Of a stretch of 21,246 bases of DNA, positions 7,788 through 15,916 are shown in pieces. The position numbers and the translations under genes are program-made. Each line of letters opens with the position of its first letter. Position 1 is the first letter of the stretch. The stretch comes from a candidate division WOR-3 bacterium. Lineage in GTDB: Bacteria; Hydrothermota; Hydrothermia; JBDRYB01. Location: NCBI GenBank assembly GCA_039803205.1, contig JBDRYB010000030.1, positions 1 through 21,246 of the forward strand, written 5' to 3'. The notes below the pieces were generated by a model. It was not told the origin of the DNA. It searched no databases and saw only the letters and a list, made by a program, of their open reading frames with translations.

Positions 7788-9365
7788 CTATTCGCTAAAG
7801 AGCCTCTTCCTGAGCCTCTCGTAGTATTGTCTGTATTCGTCAACCTGCTGGTCGTAGAGGAATTCGGGCAATAATTCCCCTCTTGCCAGCTCGCGGGCCC
7901 TTGCCAGGCATTCTCCCTTTTCATCAGAGCTCTGTGAGGCCTCAGCTCGTCGGATCAGGTTCTCTATCTCCTCAAGGTCAGTCCACGCATTCTCAAGCTG
8001 ATAGAAATCACGCGAGCTGATCAGAAGGCTGGGATCGCCTAAATTCTTTCTTATTAGGCTCACGGCAACATGGAGCCTGTGCTTTGTTCTTGGATTATAT
8101 CTTGAGTTAGGCCAAAGGAGGTAGAAAAGGTGATCCTTTGGCAACCTATGTTTTGGGGAGAGCAAGAGGTATAGTAGGGCCATTATTGCTCTATCGTTGT
8201 GCCAGCTTCTTAGGGAAATTTCTCTTCCTCCGACGAAGACCCTGAATCCGCCTATTAAGCTTGCCATAATCCCAGGCCTCCTTTTCTCATCAACGCGAAC
8301 CAGAAACATCTCCAGGCCCTCTAGGAATCTCCCGAGAATGGGATCTCTCTTAAAACCCTGATGTAATGGGATCAGAGGCGCGAGAAGCTTCACGGACTTC
8401 AAGAAGAATGCGCTCTCTGTCTGCCAAGCTAGGTAGGCAGAAGTGAGGCCGGCGAAGATTGCCTCTATGTTCTGATAAGCCCTGTGGTAGCTCTCTGCAG
8501 ACTCATAAAGCCCCCTAATGGTCTCAGCGCTGTCATCAGCAAGAAGGGCCTTTATCTCTCTGGCAGCAGCCATCTCACCCCAGGAGCCCCTTTCCGCATA
8601 CTCGAGGCATTTCCTGATCAGGCCATCAGGGGGAAATTCAAGGTTGGCGAGCCTTGATAGCTCAAGAGCCTTTGCCAGAGGGAAGGCCGCGTACGCCGAG
8701 CCCAGATCAAGGTATCTTTGAACTGCCGTCATGAAGGCCTCCTTGGCCTCGTGGAGCTTGCCAACCAGTCTTAACGCTACGCCCTTCATCTCAAAGGCCC
8801 CCTGCCAAAACCCTGGGTTGCCCATTGCCTCGGTTGCTTCAATGATGGAATCCAAGGCCCTGAGAGCGGCCTCTGGCCTACCGGCCACGATGTTGTGCAT
8901 GGCGAGGAGGTGGTCAAGTCCATATATCTCAGGAGGAGCAAACTCCTTCCTGTATTTGAGGAGATCCTCCCTGAGGGAGTCGTATTCAGCCCGGCAGAAC
9001 TTATTGTAGAAGAGATTCAATCTGGCCCTGGATGCGGCGCTCTTGTTTCCCATGCGCTCGGCTATCTCCAAAGCCCTCGTAAAATGGTTCTCAGAGGCCC
9101 TCATCTCTCCCATCAACCTGTATGCGGTTCCGAGCCTCATGAAGAGGAACCTGGCGAGACGAGGATTGTCCCCGACCAGAGGAAGAACCCTTGCCCCTTT
9201 TTTGATCGCCAAAGAGGGCTCTGACCTGGAAACGAGCAGGTCAATCTCAACGAGGGAAAAAGCCAGGGGATCGTCTTTTCTCAAGGACTGAAAATAATCC
9301 GCGAACCTGGGATCGCCCCTCGCGATCATCTCAAGGGCCAAGTTGATCCTCTCAGAGGTATCCAC
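7788..9365 (-). CDS. TPR-containing transcriptional regulator with C-terminal winged-helix and partial BTAD (SARP-like)
   Basis: TPR-like helices (LGTAYRLMGEMRASENHFTRALE; KGVALRLVGKLHEAKEAF); C-terminal LIGGFRVFVGGREI...LLYLLL...KDHLFYLLWP...LHVAVSLIRKNLG...WTDLEE...RGELLPEF. Start moved to GTG 9365. Confidence 0.8.
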   Translation of the reverse strand: MDTSERINLALEMIARGDPRFADYFQSLRKDDPLAFSLVEIDLLVSRSEPSLAIKKGARVLPLVGDNPRLARFLFMRLGTAYRLMGEMRASENHFTRALEIAERMGNKSAASRARLNLFYNKFCRAEYDSLREDLLKYRKEFAPPEIYGLDHLLAMHNIVAGRPEAALRALDSIIEATEAMGNPGFWQGAFEMKGVALRLVGKLHEAKEAFMTAVQRYLDLGSAYAAFPLAKALELSRLANLEFPPDGLIRKCLEYAERGSWGEMAAAREIKALLADDSAETIRGLYESAESYHRAYQNIEAIFAGLTSAYLAWQTESAFFLKSVKLLAPLIPLHQGFKRDPILGRFLEGLEMFLVRVDEKRRPGIMASLIGGFRVFVGGREISLRSWHNDRAIMALLYLLLSPKHRLPKDHLFYLLWPNSRYNPRTKHRLHVAVSLIRKNLGDPSLLISSRDFYQLENAWTDLEEIENLIRRAEASQSSDEKGECLARARELARGELLPEFLYDQQVDEYRQYYERLRKRLFSE

Positions 9366-9371
9366 GGCGAG

Positions 9372-9401
9372 ATTATAGTGTGAGAGGATAGCTAAGTTCA
9401 A
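9372..9401 (-). promoter_or_regulatory. Promoter TTGAAC-N18-TATAAT, 6 nt before GTG (leaderless)
   Basis: TTGAAC (9401-9396), TATAAT (9377-9372), CTCGCC, GTG 9365. Confidence 0.7.
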
Positions 9402-9427
9402 ATTTGAAAAGGACTTAGAGTATATAG

Positions 9428-9476
9428 CTTGAGGTTCCCTTGAGCCAGATGGTTTATAATATTACCTTGGCTCAAG
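9428..9476 (+). promoter_or_regulatory. Cargo-operon promoter: TATAAT without consensus -35, CTTGAG direct repeats and a 9-bp inverted repeat
   Basis: CTTGAG at 9428 and 9439; TATAAT 9455-9460; CTTGAGCCA (9439-9447) / TGGCTCAAG (9468-9476); GGAGGT SD before ATG 9490. Confidence 0.65.
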
Positions 9477-9489
9477 ATGGAGGTGTAGG

Positions 9490-11313
9490 ATGAAAGAAAT
9501 TTTTATAGCCCTTGTAGCGGGGTCCTGGACAGAGACGACCCCACAGGACTTCATGGATGGATTCTATGATCCCCTTCTCTATGTCTCAAGGAGGCTTCAG
9601 GTTGAAGGGTCTAATCCGGCAGACTCAGGAGCCATTGAGTTCTACGCGAGGTTTGACGCGAACAGGGACGGATACTATGATCTAATATCAGCGTCCTGCG
9701 CTGGTTTCGGGGTAATCCTCTGGTTTGGCGGGCCGAACGGGTATTCGGGCGCCAATTCCCGGCTATTCCCAGCAGGCTCCGGAGGGAACTGCGACATGGC
9801 TGATCTGAACCTTGATGGCTGGCCAGAGCTCATTCATTCTGGTTGGGAGATGCTGGAATGCAGGATATACTGGGGATCAGAGCTCACGGGAGGCCCCAAT
9901 CCCGGCTTCTACACATCCCTTGGCCTGAACGGAAATAGGTCTGAGTCCGTTTATGTCTACGATCTTGATGAGGATACCTATCTGGACATAATTCTAGCAG
10001 GGGATTATGACACCCTGTATGTGTTTTGGGGAGGCCCAGGAGGATACTCAGCCGGGAACTGTTCCAAAGGGAACATAAAATCCGGGGGCCACAACACAGA
10101 GGTTGCTGACCTGAACAAGGATGGTTATCCGGATATCATCCTGAAACGGGAGAACAGCGGTGCTGATGCTTGGGGCATAACAATAGTCTGGGGCGATGGG
10201 GATAGAAACCTGAACAACAACCCGCAGTGGTTCCACGAGGCCGTTGGACCTGGATGGTGCTCCCATGGCCTCACCTTAGGCGACTTCAACAGGGACGGAT
10301 GGCTTGATGTAGTCGTCTCCCAGACTGATTACACGCCTGGAAAATCAAGGGTCTATTTTTCGGACAGGGGCTCCTTTGATGCCAGCAACATGATAATCCT
10401 GAACACCAACGAGTCATACGGAGGAAGTGCGGCCTGGGACTTCAACGGAGATGGTTGGCTTGACCTCTTGTTCTTCAGGGGACGAGCCGATTACCCTCTC
10501 CTTATATATCCGAATATGGGTTCCCCTCCATACTTCAGGGATCAGGATACCGTAGCTTTCGGACTGATTGCAGGATGCACGGGTGGGTTCATCTATGACT
10601 TTAACGGGGACGGAAAGACGGACATCTTCGTCAACGATTGGTCTCACGACTCTTCCGTTGTCTATTGGGGGGTTCAGGCCACAGGGGTCTACGACAGCCT
10701 CCAGAAGCTTTATATCCCCGCGGACCACCACGGAGGTTTCCGCGAGTGCGGGAATGTCTATGACCGTTCCCCAACAGCATGGTATGAATCAGGGGTATTC
10801 TCTGAGCCTGAGCTCCAATCTGGGGCGACCATATCCTGGGTAGCATGGGATAGCACGGAGATAGGCTCTGAGCTCAGGATGTACCTCAGAACGAGGTGGG
10901 ATGGCTCTTCGCCCTGGACTGACTGGCGAGAGGTATCAAACGGGGAGAATGTATCTGAGTTCCCGTATTTTCCTGCAAGGGACATCCAGTATCGCGCTGA
11001 GTTCAGGTGGAGAAACCCTGCCTGGCTACCCTGGCTTGAGAGGGTGAACCTCGTCTCACTTCCTCTTTCGGCTGAGGAATCAGTATCATCTGAGGAAGGC
11101 CCTCTGAGGTTCGGTTCCGGGAAAGGGACCGTCTGGGTATCATGGCCAGGCAAGGAAGCCCTGGTATCCCTTTACTCAGCTGACGGAAGAAGGGTTGGGC
11201 TCGCTCAGCTAAACGATGGCGCGGCTGAGTTCAAGGGGCTCAGAGCCGGGGTCTATTACATCAGGGTTATGGCCGAGAAGCCTCTGTTTGAAAAAACCGT
11301 CATCCTAAGATGA
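9490..11313 (+). CDS. Secreted FG-GAP/VCBS-repeat protein with T9SS-like C-terminal domain
   Basis: Repeated DxNxDGxxD loops (DANRDGYYD, DLNLDGWPE, DLDEDTYLD, DLNKDGYPD, DFNRDGWLD, DFNGDGWLD, DFNGDGKTD); C-terminus LYSADGRRV...LRAGVYYIRV...KTVILR. Confidence 0.85.
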   Translation: MKEIFIALVAGSWTETTPQDFMDGFYDPLLYVSRRLQVEGSNPADSGAIEFYARFDANRDGYYDLISASCAGFGVILWFGGPNGYSGANSRLFPAGSGGNCDMADLNLDGWPELIHSGWEMLECRIYWGSELTGGPNPGFYTSLGLNGNRSESVYVYDLDEDTYLDIILAGDYDTLYVFWGGPGGYSAGNCSKGNIKSGGHNTEVADLNKDGYPDIILKRENSGADAWGITIVWGDGDRNLNNNPQWFHEAVGPGWCSHGLTLGDFNRDGWLDVVVSQTDYTPGKSRVYFSDRGSFDASNMIILNTNESYGGSAAWDFNGDGWLDLLFFRGRADYPLLIYPNMGSPPYFRDQDTVAFGLIAGCTGGFIYDFNGDGKTDIFVNDWSHDSSVVYWGVQATGVYDSLQKLYIPADHHGGFRECGNVYDRSPTAWYESGVFSEPELQSGATISWVAWDSTEIGSELRMYLRTRWDGSSPWTDWREVSNGENVSEFPYFPARDIQYRAEFRWRNPAWLPWLERVNLVSLPLSAEESVSSEEGPLRFGSGKGTVWVSWPGKEALVSLYSADGRRVGLAQLNDGAAEFKGLRAGVYYIRVMAEKPLFEKTVILR

Positions 11314-11329
11314 GAAGGAAGGTTTCATC

Positions 11330-12856
11330 ATGATCGGAAGCATATTATACGCGCTCCTGTTCCAGACATCCCCTCCGGTCTTTGCCAGAACCTATGGCAC
11401 GAACGGGGAGGATGGGGGCGCCATTATGGTTCGGGCAGATGAGGGTTATGCCCTGGTGGGCTACACAAAGAGCTTTGGCGCGGGAGGGATGGATATACTT
11501 CTGGTGAGGACGGATACATCCGGGGCTATCCTCTGGGCAAGAACATATGGAGGCTCACAAAACGAGTGTCCAAACGGGATCGTATATATTCCAGAGGATA
11601 GCGGCTTTGTGGTCTCAGGCTGGACATACAGCTTTGGCCAGGGGCTTTCTGAACTGCTCATCATGAGGCTGGATAAGAACGGGGATATCCTTTGGGCAAA
11701 GACCTTCGGTGGGCCAATGATGGACACGGTCTGCTACGCGGTTAGGCTTGCAAACGGAAACCTGGGGTTTCTGGGTGCTACCCAGAGCTATGGGGTGGAC
11801 GAGAACTTTGACCCCTTGGTGCTTTGTTTGGACCTTTCCGGAAACCTTCTCTGGAACAGGGTTTTCGGGGGATCCCTCCACGATTATGTCGGGTCAATAG
11901 CCCCTTGCTCCGATGGAGGGTGCGTTTTCGCGGGAGACGGATACAGCGCCGGTTTTACCCACCTCTTTCTCTACAAGCTCAGGTCGGATGGCTCAACAGA
12001 ATGGGCTACCCAGATCAACGAATCAGGAGTTGACTGGCCCTATGCCACGGTCCAGACACCCGACGGTGGATTTACTGTTGCCGGATACACCACTGCTTAT
12101 GGCCAGGGACAGCAGGATTTTCTGCTCGTCAGGTTTGATTCCGAGGGGAACCTGGAGTGGGCAAAGGCCTACGGAGGCGCGAGTTATGACCGTCCATACT
12201 CCCTCATCCAGACATCAGAAGGGGGCTATGCCCTGTTCGGCGAAACCTGGAGCTTCGGGACCTTATCTGAGGCTATGATAGTAAAAACAGATGCCTCAGG
12301 GAATCTGGAATGGGCAAGGACTTTTGGCAGCAGCGCCTTTGAGTGGGGTTCTAGGCTAACCCAGGAACCGAGCGGTTTCTACCTGCTCTCAGGTGGAACC
12401 ACGAGCTTTGGGAACGGGAGCCCCGATTTCTTCCTCCTGAAAATAGACGAAAACGGGAACTACGGAGGCTGTGTGGAGAGTTGTTCGCCGGGGGTTGTGG
12501 ATATAGCTCTGACGACCTCATCCCCTCCTGATGGAAGGACATGTAGCCCGGCCGAGACAAACCCAGGGCTCAGCGTTGGAGCACCGACGCTTACCCTCAG
12601 GGATGCGTGCGGGCCGCCCCTGTATGAGATCGCGGAAGAGTTCTACGGCAAGGGTAAGTCAAAGGTCCTGTGCGTTCCAGGAAAAGGATGCGCGGTGTTC
12701 ATTCTCGGGGAGCCTGATGAGCTGAAGATTTACTCTGGTGATGGTCGTCTCATCTATTTTGGGCATCTGCCCGAAGGCAAAAACAGGATAGCGTTAAGCC
12801 CAGGGATCTATCTCTGGGCTACAAGGCATCAAAAGGGGAGATCCCTGGTAAGGTGA
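11330..12856 (+). CDS. Secreted 7-repeat beta-propeller protein with short T9SS-like C-terminal domain
   Basis: Seven (W/F)ARTYGG-type repeats; C-terminus LKIYSGDGRL...LSPGIYLW...KGRSLVR. Confidence 0.85.
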   Translation: MIGSILYALLFQTSPPVFARTYGTNGEDGGAIMVRADEGYALVGYTKSFGAGGMDILLVRTDTSGAILWARTYGGSQNECPNGIVYIPEDSGFVVSGWTYSFGQGLSELLIMRLDKNGDILWAKTFGGPMMDTVCYAVRLANGNLGFLGATQSYGVDENFDPLVLCLDLSGNLLWNRVFGGSLHDYVGSIAPCSDGGCVFAGDGYSAGFTHLFLYKLRSDGSTEWATQINESGVDWPYATVQTPDGGFTVAGYTTAYGQGQQDFLLVRFDSEGNLEWAKAYGGASYDRPYSLIQTSEGGYALFGETWSFGTLSEAMIVKTDASGNLEWARTFGSSAFEWGSRLTQEPSGFYLLSGGTTSFGNGSPDFFLLKIDENGNYGGCVESCSPGVVDIALTTSSPPDGRTCSPAETNPGLSVGAPTLTLRDACGPPLYEIAEEFYGKGKSKVLCVPGKGCAVFILGEPDELKIYSGDGRLIYFGHLPEGKNRIALSPGIYLWATRHQKGRSLVR

Positions 12857-12874
12857 AGTTAAGGAGGTGAAAGC

Positions 12875-14374
12875 ATGTTCAGCGTTTTCATAACCATAAA
12901 CATATCTCAGACGCTCTTCGCGAAGGCGTATGGGGAGGAAGGCGTTGAGCGCCTCCACTCAATATGCCAGACCCAAGACGGCGGCTACATCCTCTCGGGC
13001 CGCAGCAACAGCTTCAGCTCAGGGGATGACGATGTGTTCATCCTCAAGATAGATAAGGTTGGGAACCTAATCTGGGCGAGGACATACGGTGGCCCGGATG
13101 CGGATATAGGAAACATCGGGACCCTGACCGAGGATGGCGGATACCTCCTGCTTGGAGAGACGAGGAGCTTCGGCCAGGGTGAAAACGATGTGCTCATATT
13201 GAAGGTGAACCAGAACGGGGATGTGGAGTGGGCAGAGACATTCGGAAGCCCTGGATACGATGCTGGGATAAGCGTGATTCAAGCGCATGATGGAGGCTAT
13301 GTAATTACGGGATACACCGGATTCGGGGCTGGCGCCGTTGATCTTCTCGCTCTCAAGATAGGACCTGACGGAGCATTTCACTGGGCGAGGAGCTTCGGGG
13401 GCCCTGGTTTTGATCTGGGCGTTCTGATTATACGGACCGAGGACGGATATGCTATATCAGGCTCAGAATGGGGCTCGGGGCTTCTCGGTGGGTGGAACGC
13501 TTATGTCCTAAGGCTTGATGTCGCTGGGAATCCATTATGGGCCAGGCTTTACGGTTCTGGGTCTGATGAGCAGGCCCAGGGTATAGCCCAGGCTCCTGAC
13601 GGTGGTTTTGTCTTTGCGGGATACACGAGCGTTCTCGGGCCTCAGGATTACCTCGTGATGAAGCTGAGCCCAGCAGGAGACCCAATGTGGGCAAAGGCTT
13701 TTGGCGGCGAAAGCGATGATCAGGCCTATCCGATAATCAGGGCTTCGGATGGAGGGTTCGTTGTTGCCGGGTATGCTTGCAGTTTTGAGGGGATGGATTT
13801 CTTGATCCTCAAGCTCAAAGAATCGGGGGACCTTGAGTGGGCTAGAGGGTTCGGAGGATACTGGGAGGAGGCGGCATACAACATGATCCAGACCCAGGAT
13901 GCCGGGCTTGCAATAGTGGGTTTCACGGTTTCGTATGGGGCTGGCAACGAGGAGGCCGCTGTCCTCAAGATTGACCCTCAGGGGAATTATCCGGAGTGCG
14001 TGGTGGAGAGAACCCCGAACGAGACCCCCATAATGCCCCTGTTCGTTGATTATCCTAACATGACGGTGATTGACGAGCCGGTTTACCCTGTGGATATCAC
14101 ATCAATCCAGCTAAACCCTCGGGTCACGGAAATATGCCCCACTGTGGGTGGGAATGAGGCGCACTCCGATTGGGAGAGGGGGGTGCTCTGTCGTTCGGTT
14201 CCTGGAGGCCTTGTATTTACTGCTATGTCTGAGGCTACCTTGAAGATATATTCCCCTGATGGAAGGCTGGAGTCAACCGCTGAGCTCAAGAGGGGCCAGA
14301 ACAAAGTGCTCCTGAGACCCGGCATCCATTTCTGGCACTCTGGGCCCTACAAAGGAAAGGCGGTTGTGAGATAA
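12875..14374 (+). CDS. Secreted 7-repeat beta-propeller protein with short T9SS-like C-terminal domain (paralog)
   Basis: AAGGAGGT SD; seven repeats; C-terminus LKIYSPDGRL...LRPGIHFW...KGKAVVR. Confidence 0.85.
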   Translation: MFSVFITINISQTLFAKAYGEEGVERLHSICQTQDGGYILSGRSNSFSSGDDDVFILKIDKVGNLIWARTYGGPDADIGNIGTLTEDGGYLLLGETRSFGQGENDVLILKVNQNGDVEWAETFGSPGYDAGISVIQAHDGGYVITGYTGFGAGAVDLLALKIGPDGAFHWARSFGGPGFDLGVLIIRTEDGYAISGSEWGSGLLGGWNAYVLRLDVAGNPLWARLYGSGSDEQAQGIAQAPDGGFVFAGYTSVLGPQDYLVMKLSPAGDPMWAKAFGGESDDQAYPIIRASDGGFVVAGYACSFEGMDFLILKLKESGDLEWARGFGGYWEEAAYNMIQTQDAGLAIVGFTVSYGAGNEEAAVLKIDPQGNYPECVVERTPNETPIMPLFVDYPNMTVIDEPVYPVDITSIQLNPRVTEICPTVGGNEAHSDWERGVLCRSVPGGLVFTAMSEATLKIYSPDGRLESTAELKRGQNKVLLRPGIHFWHSGPYKGKAVVR

Positions 14375-14470
14375 TGCTGATTAAGCTCGGCCGGCTGAAA
14401 TTCTCGCGCATCATCCTCCGGTGGATAGCGATGGTGGCAGGTTCATAGCCGGCATCCTGGAAAGGGTTTG

Positions 14471-15136
14471 ATGAGTCTCTGGGCAAGATCCGATTACCTG
14501 AAAGCCCTCTCTGTTCTGAGGGAAAGGGGATTCATGGCCCTTTTCGCGGCAGGGCCAGGCCAGAGCTTTTACCGGTGGGTAAGGGAGGAAATAAGGCGAG
14601 GGGATCCCGAGAAGGATTTCATTGTTGCCTGGGAGATCTCAAACCTGATGGCAGAGCGCAAGGACGCCTACTACGGCAAGTTGTTCAAGGATTACCTCCT
14701 CGTAGATGTTGGTTTTCTGCCTGTTTTCCTCGCGGTTTATCCCCTGGGGGACGCGCGAGAACTATACTGGTCAGGGAACCTCTCCCGGAAGGCTTGGGAG
14801 ATCTTTGGCCTGCTTGAGAGCGGACCGAGGACGACCCTCGCCTTGAATCAGGCCCTCGGCGCCAGGGACAAAAAGGCCAGGTCTGAGACGGATAAAGCAT
14901 TGACCGAGCTCATGCGTGCCCGCGTGATATGCAGGGCAGGCATGGTAAGTTCCCCCGGCAAAAGCTGGGAAATAGCGCTGTATGACCTACTTGAGAGGTG
15001 GCTACCAGAGGGTATAGCGGATGAGGCGCGCGCACTCTCGCGCGATTACGCTATAGATAGGCTTTTTGATAAATTTTACTATGCTATTGGTCAGAAGGAC
15101 GAACCGGCCGCGAGGAGGTTCCTCGGGCTGAGATAA
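14471..15136 (+). CDS. AlkZ-related winged-helix protein (putative DNA-binding/repair)
   Basis: YYGKL, LSRKAWEIFGLLESGPRTT, DKALTELM, YDLLERWLPE recall short AlkZ-like (HTH_42) proteins; recognised from memory only. Confidence 0.55.
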   Translation: MSLWARSDYLKALSVLRERGFMALFAAGPGQSFYRWVREEIRRGDPEKDFIVAWEISNLMAERKDAYYGKLFKDYLLVDVGFLPVFLAVYPLGDARELYWSGNLSRKAWEIFGLLESGPRTTLALNQALGARDKKARSETDKALTELMRARVICRAGMVSSPGKSWEIALYDLLERWLPEGIADEARALSRDYAIDRLFDKFYYAIGQKDEPAARRFLGLR

Positions 15137-15176
15137 GACAAGGCACGGGGGCCTCGTTCTACCATATAATTTGCAT

Positions 15177-15911
15177 GTGAGCGAGCAAGAGGCTCCGCCT
15201 GAGAAACCAAAGAAAAAGAAGAAGTCAGCGAGGGAACAGATTGAGGCCTGGATATGGACCCTGGTGGCTGTCTTCTTCATAAGGGCTTTTCTCATCCAGG
15301 GGTTCGTTGTGCCATCTGGTTCCATGGAGGATACGCTTTTGCCAGGGGAGTTTCTCATGGCCCTGAAGTTCACATACGGGCTTGAGATACCCTTTACGGG
15401 CATAAAGTTCTTCCAGTTCAAAAAACCAAGGCGAGGGGAGGTGGTCATATTCAAGTATCCCCTCGGAAACACTGATTTCGTCAAGAGGGTCGTGGGCCTG
15501 CCTGGGGACACCATAGAGATAAGGAACAAGATCGTGTATGTAAACGGGATTCCGGAGAACAACCCCAAGGCCGTTCACAAGGACCCCAGGATCATACAGT
15601 CGCCGTTTAGGGTTGGAGAAGTAATGGAGCAATGGGAGTTCCAGAGGCTGTGGGAGAGCCGCAAGTTCATTGATAATCAAACGGTGAGGGATAATTTCGG
15701 GCCCGTTATCGTTCCGGATTCGTGCGTCTTCGTTCTCGGCGATAACCGAGACTTCTCTTCTGATAGCAGGTTCTGGGGGCCCTTGCCCTTATCCCATTTG
15801 AAGGGAACCCCCCTCATCATCTATTTCTCCTGGGACCTCTCCGGGCCATGGTGGAGGGTCTGGGAGCGCTTCAGGTGGTGGAGGATGTTCCTGCCCCTCC
15901 TGGGGGCTTGA
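15177..15911 (+). CDS. lepB: Signal peptidase I
   Basis: One TM segment, VPSGSMEDTL (catalytic Ser), DFVKRVVGLPGD (Lys), GDNRDFSSDSRFWG. GTG 15177 lies 6 nt after TATAAT 15165-15170. Confidence 0.95.
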   Translation: MSEQEAPPEKPKKKKKSAREQIEAWIWTLVAVFFIRAFLIQGFVVPSGSMEDTLLPGEFLMALKFTYGLEIPFTGIKFFQFKKPRRGEVVIFKYPLGNTDFVKRVVGLPGDTIEIRNKIVYVNGIPENNPKAVHKDPRIIQSPFRVGEVMEQWEFQRLWESRKFIDNQTVRDNFGPVIVPDSCVFVLGDNRDFSSDSRFWGPLPLSHLKGTPLIIYFSWDLSGPWWRVWERFRWWRMFLPLLGA

Positions 15912-15916
15912 TTCGC

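Noticed and set aside
6241..9401. ORF-track starts at 6241, 7092 and 9401
   Set aside because: Each extension runs through the gene's own TATAAT promoter; downstream starts fit better.
11330..14374. Repeats as CRISPR, DGR template/variable pair or tandem DNA repeats
   Set aside because: Similarity is at protein level with diverged codons; no identical spaced repeats, cas or reverse transcriptase gene.
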